The translations under genes and the position numbers were made by a program. 64,000 bases of DNA from Chakrabartia sp. (GTDB lineage Bacteria; Pseudomonadota; Alphaproteobacteria; Sphingomonadales; Sphingomonadaceae), in assembly GCA_046074265.1 (NCBI GenBank), contig JBJTNW010000012.1:21594-85593 (forward strand), read 5' to 3'. Of the stretch, positions 56,839 through 64,000 are shown piece after piece. The number at the start of each line of letters is the position of its first letter. Position 1 is the first letter of the stretch. Below the pieces are notes generated by a model. The model was not told the DNA's origin and did no database searches. It saw only the letters and a list, made by a program, of their open reading frames with translations.

Positions 56839-56884
56839 CACCCTCAAAACCCTCAAAAGGTTACTTTTGAGGGTTTTGAGGGTG
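56839..56884. repeat. Perfect 21-bp inverted repeat with internal ACCCTCAAA tandem units (origin-like)
   Basis: CACCCTCAAAACCCTCAAAAG-GTTA-CTTTTGAGGGTTTTGAGGGTG. Confidence 0.9.
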
Positions 56885-57001
56885 CATTTGCCATTACAGT
56901 TTTTTCGACAGCAGGCCCTCCTGCCACGTTGGAATTAATCGACAAAATCAATCAAAAATGGTATTTACGCAGAAGATTTCGATTAATCTTGAGGCGCGGC
57001 C

Positions 57002-57586
57002 ATGGGCGGCTTTGGTTCAGGGCGACGCAGCAGCCGACCGACGACAGATGACTGCATCTGCCTAGACCTGTCCCTTCTAAAGCGGCTCGGCATGTTGAAG
57101 CGCCATTGCCTAAACCGGCGAAACCTGTCTTGGAGTTGCGGAGGGAAGAAGACCGCCGAACTGGCTGTCGTTGCCGACATCGACTGCCTCGAGCAATACC
57201 CTTGCCTGAAGATCACCGGATACGCGAACGGGCAGCGTGTAGACTGCATGCTTTTTCTGAGCTCCGCGCCCATGCGCTTTGGTGGAGAGCGCTGGTATGC
57301 GGTGTGCCCAATGACCGGACTGATGTGCTCGACGATCATCCTGCCGCCCGGCCGGTCGCGCTTCGCCTCTGTGAAGGGCTGGAACGTGGCCTACAGCTCG
57401 CAGAACGAGTGCGAGGTGCACCGTGCACACCGCGCCATCGACAAGGCCGAGAGGCGGCTCAAGGTGCTGTCCAAGTACACGAGGAAGCCCACACGGCAGC
57501 GGATACGGGACAATATCCGTGCGCGTCAGCTTTTCGTGTGGGAAGAGATGGACAGGATTGCCAGCACGCTGTTGCGAACTGGCTAG
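57002..57586 (+). CDS. Hypothetical protein, MGGxGSGR family typical of satellite/integrative elements
   Basis: MGGFGSGRR N-terminus, GGERWYAVCP.TG..C...LPPG..RFAS...W.VAYSSQNE, basic helical C-terminus. Confidence 0.65.
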   Translation: MGGFGSGRRSSRPTTDDCICLDLSLLKRLGMLKRHCLNRRNLSWSCGGKKTAELAVVADIDCLEQYPCLKITGYANGQRVDCMLFLSSAPMRFGGERWYAVCPMTGLMCSTIILPPGRSRFASVKGWNVAYSSQNECEVHRAHRAIDKAERRLKVLSKYTRKPTRQRIRDNIRARQLFVWEEMDRIASTLLRTG

Positions 57587-57632
57587 CTATTCCCATCAGC
57601 GGTTGAGCCGCAAGGGCAGGCGCCACTTACAA

Positions 57633-58709
57633 TTATTCCGCCCTCAGAATAAATTTGCTTGCCCAAGTCCGCCGAAACCAGAGCGCCAGATTGACCAAGG
57701 CGATCAGCACAGGCACCTCGACCAGCGGTCCAATCACCGCGGCAAAGGCGACAGGAGAGGCCAAGCCAAAGGCCGCAATGGCCGCGGCGATCGCAAGCTC
57801 AAAGTTGTTCGACGCGGCGGTGAAGGAAAGGGCCGCCGTCCGCGGGTAATCCGCGCCAATGGCTTTCCCCGCCACAAAGGCAAGCACGAACATCGTCACG
57901 AAAAAGAGGGCGAGCGGCACAGCGATCCGAACTGCGTCGAGCGGCAAAGCGAGGATCTCTCCGCCCTTCAAGCTGAACATGGCGACAATGGTGAACAACA
58001 GGGCAATCAGCGTCACCGGACTGATGGCGGGGATGAAAACGCCTTCATACCAAGACGTGCCTTTCATCTGGATAAGGGTCCGCCGGACAAGAAAGCCCGC
58101 AAGGAAGGGTACGCCAAGATAGGTCAGGACCGCTTTGGCGATCGTCCCAAAGGCAATATCGACGACATGCGCTTCAAGCCCAAACACGGGCGGCAAAACG
58201 GTCAGGTAGAACCACGCATAAGGAACATAGAAGACGATCTGGAAGAGCGAGTTGAAGGCAACCAGACCCGTCACATATTCCGGATTGCCCTCCGCCAGCT
58301 GGTTCCAGACAAGGACCATGGCGATGCACGGCGCAATGCCGATCAGGATCAGGCCCGTCATATATTCTGGCTGGTGGGAGAGCAGCAGCGCCGCGAGCGC
58401 GAACATGAACGCGGGGGCCACAATCCAGCAAAGCAGGAAGGAGAGGCCCAGCATCTTCTTGTCGCGAAAGACCTGGCCAAGCTCTTCATAGCGGACCTTG
58501 GCCAGCGGCGGGAACAGCATCAAGATCAGGCCGATGGCAATCGGAAGGCTGGTCGACCCGACGGACATGGCGTTGAGCGTCGCGGGTACCGTGGGAACAA
58601 GGCTGCCCAGCCCAATGCCCAACGCCATCGCGGCAAAGATCCAGACCGTCAGATAACGATCCAGAAACGAAAGCCGGGCGGAGGGTACCGCAGTTGCCAA
58701 ATTTGCCAT
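57633..58709 (-). CDS. acr3: ACR3 family arsenite efflux transporter
   Basis: [55 protein letters not shown]. Confidence 0.96.
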   Translation of the reverse strand: MANLATAVPSARLSFLDRYLTVWIFAAMALGIGLGSLVPTVPATLNAMSVGSTSLPIAIGLILMLFPPLAKVRYEELGQVFRDKKMLGLSFLLCWIVAPAFMFALAALLLSHQPEYMTGLILIGIAPCIAMVLVWNQLAEGNPEYVTGLVAFNSLFQIVFYVPYAWFYLTVLPPVFGLEAHVVDIAFGTIAKAVLTYLGVPFLAGFLVRRTLIQMKGTSWYEGVFIPAISPVTLIALLFTIVAMFSLKGGEILALPLDAVRIAVPLALFFVTMFVLAFVAGKAIGADYPRTAALSFTAASNNFELAIAAAIAAFGLASPVAFAAVIGPLVEVPVLIALVNLALWFRRTWASKFILRAE

Positions 58710-59215
58710 CAGGCTGCTCCTTCCATTTCGCCGATACGCGCAAGCCTGTCAGCCAGCTCTCGGCGGTCCATTGTGTCAAACGGGAGCGCCAAAAAGGCCT
58801 GCACCCTTATGTCGAGCCAATGCCAGGTCTGCTCAAAGGCTCGGTCGACCAAATCATCAGCGCCCGTCACATCCGCCGGGTCTGGAAGGCCCCAATGCGC
58901 CTTGAGCGGCGCGCCCAAGAATAGCGGGCATGCTTCTCCAGCCGCGTTCCCGCAAACGGTGATCGCCAGATCAATGCGCGGCGCGTCTGGCGCGGTGAAC
59001 TCATCCCAGCTCTTGGACCGGAAGGGCGCGGTATCAATGTCACGCCTTGCGAGCAGGCGAAGCGCGCCCGGATGGGGAACGCCCTTGGGCTTGCTGCCCG
59101 CACTAAAGGCTCGCACTCGGCCTTCCCCCCGCAGATTGAACAGCGCCTCACCCAATATTGAGCGAGCCGAGTTGCCCGTGCACAGAACCAAGATTTTGAA
59201 AGGTCCGCTCGTCAT
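58709..59215 (-). CDS. arsC: Arsenate reductase, LMW-PTP fold (thioredoxin-coupled type)
   Basis: [11 protein letters not shown]-loop, FSAGS.P.G, ITVC....EACP resolving cysteines, HWGLPDPA. Confidence 0.92.
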   Translation of the reverse strand: MTSGPFKILVLCTGNSARSILGEALFNLRGEGRVRAFSAGSKPKGVPHPGALRLLARRDIDTAPFRSKSWDEFTAPDAPRIDLAITVCGNAAGEACPLFLGAPLKAHWGLPDPADVTGADDLVDRAFEQTWHWLDIRVQAFLALPFDTMDRRELADRLARIGEMEGAA

Positions 59216-59556
59216 GCTGCGCCCTTTTGCTGAACGATTTCGGGCGCATATTGGGCAAGGGGCGTGCAGGCCTGACCGCCACAACAATTTTCGGTCAGAA
59301 AGGCCATCAAGCCGTTCATCGCCTCAAAATCGGCGGCGTAAATGAGGGAGCGGCTTTGGCGGCGTTGGGTCACAAGGCCCGCGTGCAGCAGCTGCGCCAG
59401 ATGAAAGCTCATCGAGGACGCGGGAACACCCAGCGCCTCGGCCAAGGCCCCGGCGGGCATCCCGTCGGGCCCTGCCTGTACAAGGAGGCGGTATGCCGCC
59501 AAGCGATGTTCTTGGGCTAGGGCGCCGAGACTTCGGACAGCGTCAGCGGAAATCAT
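59212..59556 (-). CDS. arsR: ArsR/SmtB repressor with C-terminal CC-x4-C site
   Basis: ALAQEHRL..YRLLVQAG..G, SFHL..L.HAGLV..RR.SR..IY, FLTENCCGGQAC. Confidence 0.93.
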   Translation of the reverse strand: MISADAVRSLGALAQEHRLAAYRLLVQAGPDGMPAGALAEALGVPASSMSFHLAQLLHAGLVTQRRQSRSLIYAADFEAMNGLMAFLTENCCGGQACTPLAQYAPEIVQQKGAA

Positions 59557-59564
59557 ATCTTCCT

Positions 59565-59590
59565 CATATTTCGATATTTGTGGAAATATG
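59565..59590. promoter_or_regulatory. ArsR operator (inverted repeat)
   Basis: CATATTTC-N10-GAAATATG immediately upstream of arsR. Confidence 0.7.
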
Positions 59591-59623
59591 GGTGTTGTTG
59601 CCTGCTGTCAATATTTATGCCGG

Positions 59624-60415
59624 TCAAACGCGCGCTTTTGGGATGCGCGGTCGGCCGCGCTTGTTAGTTTTTTGTTCGTTCTGAGCAGCCGTTGACATCA
59701 AGGTTTCGACGGCCTGCCATATCGCCCTGTAATTAAATGCAGCGCTTGATCTGGGGGCAAATGCCTCAATCGGGGCCAGCTTAACTGTCATCTGCTCCAC
59801 AATGCTCGCCTGCGGAATGATAGGCCAGTCGGCGTGATCTGCCACAAATGTCCGATGAAGCGCCTTTCGCGTGTCCGCCATGGAAACAAGGGGGAACAAG
59901 CGAGGGAGCTTCCCCGGTTGCTTGGATAGATAAGCTTCCATCTGTTCAAGTCCGCGAAGGCCCAGCGGCGTCGGAACGACGGGCACGAGAACAAGGTCTG
60001 ACGCTTTGAACACCTGATCGCTCACTTCATTAAGGCCAGGCGGACAATCAAGAATGATGTAATCATAAAGGGGGACGAGATCCTGAAGTATCTTCTTCAA
60101 ACGCTTTGGCTTGCCCACATCGAGCAATAGTTTTTCCAAAGAGCGCAGCGACGGATCAGCGCCCAGTATATCGAGCTTCGGCCAATTGGTTGGCGCAATG
60201 AGCGCGCCGGGGGACAAGGTGCGGGCAAAAATCTCCCGCGCGTTTCCATTTGCTTTACTCGTCGCGCAGAGGAACGAGGCGGATCCTTGGGCGTCCAAAT
60301 CCCATAAGAGCGTTTTGCGCCCTGATGCGATCGCCGAAACACCGGCCAGATTTACAGCAAGTGTCGTTTTCCCAACGCCGCCTTTGATATTATGTACCGC
60401 GATGACCTTAGCCAA
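59624..60415 (-). CDS. ParA/Soj family ATPase (orphan)
   Basis: NIKGGVGKTT deviant Walker A, WDLDAQG, YDYIILDCPP; TTG start; no parB nearby. Confidence 0.88.
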   Translation of the reverse strand: MAKVIAVHNIKGGVGKTTLAVNLAGVSAIASGRKTLLWDLDAQGSASFLCATSKANGNAREIFARTLSPGALIAPTNWPKLDILGADPSLRSLEKLLLDVGKPKRLKKILQDLVPLYDYIILDCPPGLNEVSDQVFKASDLVLVPVVPTPLGLRGLEQMEAYLSKQPGKLPRLFPLVSMADTRKALHRTFVADHADWPIIPQASIVEQMTVKLAPIEAFAPRSSAAFNYRAIWQAVETLMSTAAQNEQKTNKRGRPRIPKARV

Positions 60416-60529
60416 AACTGTCCCCCCACCCGACCGAAGAACGGCCCAAACCGGCCAAGGCGCGATCCGCTGCCTAGCCTCATCGATATGAAATACGGAC
60501 GAAATCTTATTCTTATATGACAGGTTGTT

Positions 60530-61921
60530 ATGTTTATCTGCCGATCAACCAGAAACCCCTCTTACCGCTTAGCCAAGCCAAGCTTGGTTGGCTTTGCCCT
60601 GATGACAGCCTGCCTCTCAGCGCCAGCCCAGGCGGCTGAAGGCGACACCGCAGGTGCCTTGCGCGTTTCCGGCAGTGTGCGCGTCCGCTATGAAACCTTG
60701 GATGGGCAGGCGCGCGCGGGTCTTAACGCCACCGATGAGCAACTCGCGCTACGGACAACGCTGTTGGCAGAATATAGGCATGGCGCTTTCCGCCTCGGCG
60801 GCGAACTTTATGATAGCCGGGCCTATCTTGGTAAACAGGGAAGCGCCATCAGCTCCAATGATGTGAATGCGTTTGAGCCCGTTCAGGCCTATCTGGCCGC
60901 CGATATCGACCCACCCTTTATCCCCGGCGCAAAGGCCAGTGTGCAGCTCGGTCGCTTTCTCCTCAATCTTGGGTCAAGGCGGCTGATTGCCGCCGATGAT
61001 TATCGCAATGCCACCAACAGCTATACCGGTGTTCGCGGCGACCTGACGTTGCGGGGTGGGGGAACGGCGACCCTTTTTTATACCCTGCCGCAAACTCGCT
61101 TGCCGGACGACCTGCCCTCCGTTCTCGATAATGTGGCGCGTCTCGACCGGGAAAGCTTCCGCCAGCAACTATGGGGCGGCGTAGTTGCCCAGCCTCATGC
61201 GCTCGGCCGCCTCATGGTGGAAGCGAGCTATTACCGCTTTCAGGAAAAGGACGCGCCCGGATTTCCAACCCGGGACAGGAACCTGCATTCCATCGGCGCA
61301 CGACTGATCACTGCGCCCCAAATCGGCCGTTTTGATTACGAAGTGGAAGGCATTTACCAGTTCGGCCATGCAAGCCCGTCCACCGCAGCGCAGGCGGCCC
61401 GCCTTCCGGTCGGTGCACAATTTTTCCATGCGGACATGGGGTACAGCTTTCCAGGCCCGATGCAGATCCATCTATCCGTCGAGTATGACAGGGCGAGCGG
61501 CGATCGCGGCCGGGGAAAATATACCCGCTTCGATACACTGTTCGGCATGCGTCGCGGCGATTTCGGCCCGGCCGGGATTTATGCAGCAATTGGCCGCACC
61601 AATATTAGTTCCCCCGGCGTGCGTGTTGAAATCGCACCAAATAAAAAATGGGATGCCTTCGCCACCTATCGCGTCCTTTGGCTGGCGAGCGCTGTGGACA
61701 GTTTTTCGACGACCTCGGTCCGCGATACCAGCGGCGCATCCGGCAGCTTTGCCGGCCATCAAGTCGAAGGTCGGGTCCGTTACTGGTTCGTCCCCAACCG
61801 CCTGCGCGGTGAAGTAAATGCGGCATGGCTCGCCAAAGGCCGCTTTTTGAAGAACGCGCCCAGCGCCCCAGAAACGGGAGACACTCATTATCTTGCGATG
61901 GCCGTAACAGTGTCCTTTTAG
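60530..61921 (+). CDS. Alginate export (AlgE-like) family outer-membrane beta-barrel
   Basis: Signal peptide, SVRVRYE first strand, GRFLLNLGSRRLI..DDYRN, ASGD....RFD.LFG, terminal Phe. Confidence 0.8.
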   Translation: MFICRSTRNPSYRLAKPSLVGFALMTACLSAPAQAAEGDTAGALRVSGSVRVRYETLDGQARAGLNATDEQLALRTTLLAEYRHGAFRLGGELYDSRAYLGKQGSAISSNDVNAFEPVQAYLAADIDPPFIPGAKASVQLGRFLLNLGSRRLIAADDYRNATNSYTGVRGDLTLRGGGTATLFYTLPQTRLPDDLPSVLDNVARLDRESFRQQLWGGVVAQPHALGRLMVEASYYRFQEKDAPGFPTRDRNLHSIGARLITAPQIGRFDYEVEGIYQFGHASPSTAAQAARLPVGAQFFHADMGYSFPGPMQIHLSVEYDRASGDRGRGKYTRFDTLFGMRRGDFGPAGIYAAIGRTNISSPGVRVEIAPNKKWDAFATYRVLWLASAVDSFSTTSVRDTSGASGSFAGHQVEGRVRYWFVPNRLRGEVNAAWLAKGRFLKNAPSAPETGDTHYLAMAVTVSF

Positions 61922-61943
61922 CGGGGAGGATCCGGCTTGCCTG

Positions 61944-61961
61944 CTGTCACAGAAATGTCGC
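61944..61961 (+). promoter_or_regulatory. Putative Pho box
   Basis: CTGTCAC-AGAA-ATGTCGC, 11-bp-spaced repeat resembling CTGTCAT-N4-CTGTCAY, upstream of the acyltransferase. Confidence 0.55.
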
Positions 61962-61984
61962 CTATCGCACGCTAAAGGCAAGCA

Positions 61985-62782
61985 ATGGCAACAGGCTGGT
62001 CCTCCCCTCATGAGACGGATCTGATCCTTCGCCCGGCGGGCCGCCTTTTGATCACCCTTCGACTGATGCGGGCGATGGCAGGTCTTATGGCCTTTACTGC
62101 GATCGCCAGCCTCTGGTTGATCTTGCCCCGCGCCCTAGGATCTCGCCTTCCTCGGCTGGCCTTTGGCATTTTATGTCGGGCATTTGGTCTGATTGTGGAA
62201 CCCATGGGGTTACGGCCCAAGTCTCCCGCCCTGTTGCTCGCCAATCATGTTAGCTGGACCGACATCGCGGTTTTCGCTGCCATCACGGACACCGGCTTTG
62301 TTGCAAAGCGCGAGGTGCGCGACTGGCCTTTTATCGGACGTCTGGCAGAGCGTTATGGCTGCCTGTTCATCGCCCGCGACAGGCGCGCGGCCGTCGGGGG
62401 CGAGACAGGCCAATTGGCGACGCTGATCCGCGCGCGCAGCATCATCCTTTTCCCAGAGGGGACGACGGGAGATGGCCAAGTGCTTCTTCCCTTTCGCTCA
62501 AGCCTAATTGGCGCGGTCGCAACAGATGCGCGGCCCTGCGTCCCGGTGGCACTCGCTTATTCTTGGGCTGACGGGCGCCCCTTGCGAAGCGCAGGCTGGG
62601 CGCAAGTCTCCTGGACGGGTGACGCAAGCCTGTTGCCGCATGTCCTGAACTTGGCGATGCTGCCGCCGCTTCGGGTCCGGATCCTTTTTGGCGACACCTT
62701 GACGGGCACCTGCCGCAAAGCACTCACCCAAGAGGCCGAAAACCAGATCCGAACAGCCCTTGTGACCAGCTATGGGGGTTAA
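61985..62782 (+). CDS. Lyso-ornithine lipid / lysophospholipid acyltransferase (OlsA/PlsC-like)
   Basis: ANHVSWTD (HX4D), FVAKREV..WP.IG, FPEGTT; adjacent to olsB. Confidence 0.8.
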   Translation: MATGWSSPHETDLILRPAGRLLITLRLMRAMAGLMAFTAIASLWLILPRALGSRLPRLAFGILCRAFGLIVEPMGLRPKSPALLLANHVSWTDIAVFAAITDTGFVAKREVRDWPFIGRLAERYGCLFIARDRRAAVGGETGQLATLIRARSIILFPEGTTGDGQVLLPFRSSLIGAVATDARPCVPVALAYSWADGRPLRSAGWAQVSWTGDASLLPHVLNLAMLPPLRVRILFGDTLTGTCRKALTQEAENQIRTALVTSYGG

Positions 62783-63561
62783 GCGGCCGCGCTGAACTTG
62801 GCGAGATAGCGACCGGTAATCTGATCGACGGGCATGACCATGCAAATGTCGATCGTGTTGAACGCGTGATCGACAAAGGCCCCCTCACCAATCATGGCTC
62901 CGGTGCGCAAATAGCCTTTGACGAGCGGGGGTAGCGTCATCAGAGCTGCCCGTTCATCATAGCTTCCCATCGGAAGGATATCGGCACTGATCGCATCGGG
63001 TCCGATTGCGCGGGGCCGCGCGCCAAGCTGAGCGAGATGGCGATGCGCCAAATAGGAAAGGCCCAGCGCGTGTTCGGCTGGATCCGTGCCGTGGAAGGAC
63101 GCGCACCCGAGCATCAGGCGGATGTCGTGCGCCGCAATATATTCGGCAATGCCCCGCCACAAAAGCGCGATCGTCGCGCTGGTGCGATACGCGGGCAAGA
63201 CGCAAGACCGACCAAGTTCCAACAGCTGGCCCTGAGAGGCCGAACTGGACAGAATGTCAGTCAGATCAAATTCCTGCGCGGAATAAAAGCAGCCGCCCAT
63301 GGGCAGGCGGTCTTGCCGCAAGAGCCGATAGGTCCCGACGATGCGGCTTTCTGCGTCCAGATTTTCATCGATGACCAACAGATGGTCGCACAGGTCATCA
63401 TAGCTGTCGGCATCAAGGCCGGGGGTCAGACCCTGCGGCGGGATAGCGCCCATTTCTTCGTAGAAAACGCGCCAGCGCAGGCGTTGCGCGGCTTCAACTT
63501 CGCGCTGATCCCTAGCGAGGCGGATGGTCAGTTTGCGGGACGGAACTACACTATGTTGCAT
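62779..63561 (-). CDS. olsB: Ornithine-acyl-ACP N-acyltransferase OlsB (GNAT)
   Basis: RLA....EVEAAQRLR.RVFYEEMGA, D.YDDLCDHLLV, LELGRSCV...YR, GCASF.GTDP, PPLVKGYLR.GA. Confidence 0.85.
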   Translation of the reverse strand: MQHSVVPSRKLTIRLARDQREVEAAQRLRWRVFYEEMGAIPPQGLTPGLDADSYDDLCDHLLVIDENLDAESRIVGTYRLLRQDRLPMGGCFYSAQEFDLTDILSSSASQGQLLELGRSCVLPAYRTSATIALLWRGIAEYIAAHDIRLMLGCASFHGTDPAEHALGLSYLAHRHLAQLGARPRAIGPDAISADILPMGSYDERAALMTLPPLVKGYLRTGAMIGEGAFVDHAFNTIDICMVMPVDQITGRYLAKFSAAA

Positions 63562-63589
63562 CACGTTTTCCCCATATCTCGCCCCTTTT

Positions 63590-64000
63590 TTACACGGCAG
63601 ATATGACGACTTCCGGACGATGGGATGACGCAGGGATGACAGGGCGGAGAGGGGCGTCGTCGCCAAGAGCATGCAGCAACGCAGCCTCGAATTGGCGGGC
63701 GCTCGCTTCCCAGCTGAAGGACTGGCCCAGCACCGCTGCATCAACGCGACGCACCTTCAGCGCGCGCACCACCGCACGGTCTAAATTGCCATCGAGCGCC
63801 CCGGCGGGATGGCTGTGCCGGTGAATTGCACCACGGCCATCTAACCCAAGAATATCCAGCGGGCCCGGCACCGGAAAGGCCGCCACGGGCACACCGCAGG
63901 CCAGCGCTTCGATCATGACCAGCCCAAAGGTATCGGTGAGGCTGGGAAACACAAAAACATCGGCCGCAGCGTACGCACTTGCCAATTCTGCGCCAGACAA
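63590..64000 (-). CDS. GT4 family glycosyltransferase, C-terminal part (5' end outside window)
   Basis: YAAADVFVFPSLTDTFGLVMIEALACGVPVAAFPV.GP.DI motif. Confidence 0.85.
   Translation of the reverse strand: MSGAELASAYAAADVFVFPSLTDTFGLVMIEALACGVPVAAFPVPGPLDILGLDGRGAIHRHSHPAGALDGNLDRAVVRALKVRRVDAAVLGQSFSWEASARQFEAALLHALGDDAPLRPVIPASSHRPEVVISAV

Larger units (their letters stand above)
55429..57586. mobile_element. tRNA-Ser-anchored phage-satellite-like / integrative element remnant (no integrase in window)
   Basis: Visible shift to AT-richer DNA right after the tRNA CCA, GCCCACGA direct repeat, excisionase-like HTH, DUF3987-like fragment, origin-like inverted repeat. Right boundary not defined. 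Confidence 0.65.

Noticed and set aside
57423-59345. 640-aa plus-strand ORF
   Set aside because: Antisense shadow of acr3/arsC/arsR, which have clear family motifs.
60488-60523. Possible Pho box in the parA/porin spacer
   Set aside because: Only one good half-site; neighbouring 11-bp-spaced positions do not match, so it was not annotated as a feature.

Overview
GC-rich alphaproteobacterial chromosome segment, most consistent with a Sphingomonadaceae member (two-piece permuted tmRNA with tag ANDNEALALAA, fliC divergent from a fliE...fliD-fliS cluster, FYDLN protein, HspQ). Mostly core genes: clpPX, dnaE, branched-chain 2-oxoacid dehydrogenase, ihfB/rpsA/cmk/aroA, hslVU, argG, rplU/rpmA, four tRNAs and ssrA. 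Non-routine features: (1) a two-locus Gtr-like periplasmic glycosylation system with two GT2 enzymes, GtrA, a methyltransferase, two paralogous GT-C-like membrane proteins and an STT3/AglB-like protein; (2) an apparent large deletion fusing a 5' fliE fragment to a 3' fliD fragment while fliC and fliS remain intact, plus a multi-hairpin fliC 3' region; (3) a TagF-like transferase/HAD/nucleotidyltransferase/flippase cluster; (4) a cysteine-free MlaA/VacJ with a TonB-box-like motif; (5) an inverted-domain photolyase; (6) an integrase-less satellite-like remnant at tRNA-Ser with a perfect 21-bp inverted repeat, followed by arsR-arsC-acr3 and a phosphate-starvation lipid module (olsB, olsA-like, GT4). 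All family assignments are from motif recognition by eye; no database searches were run.
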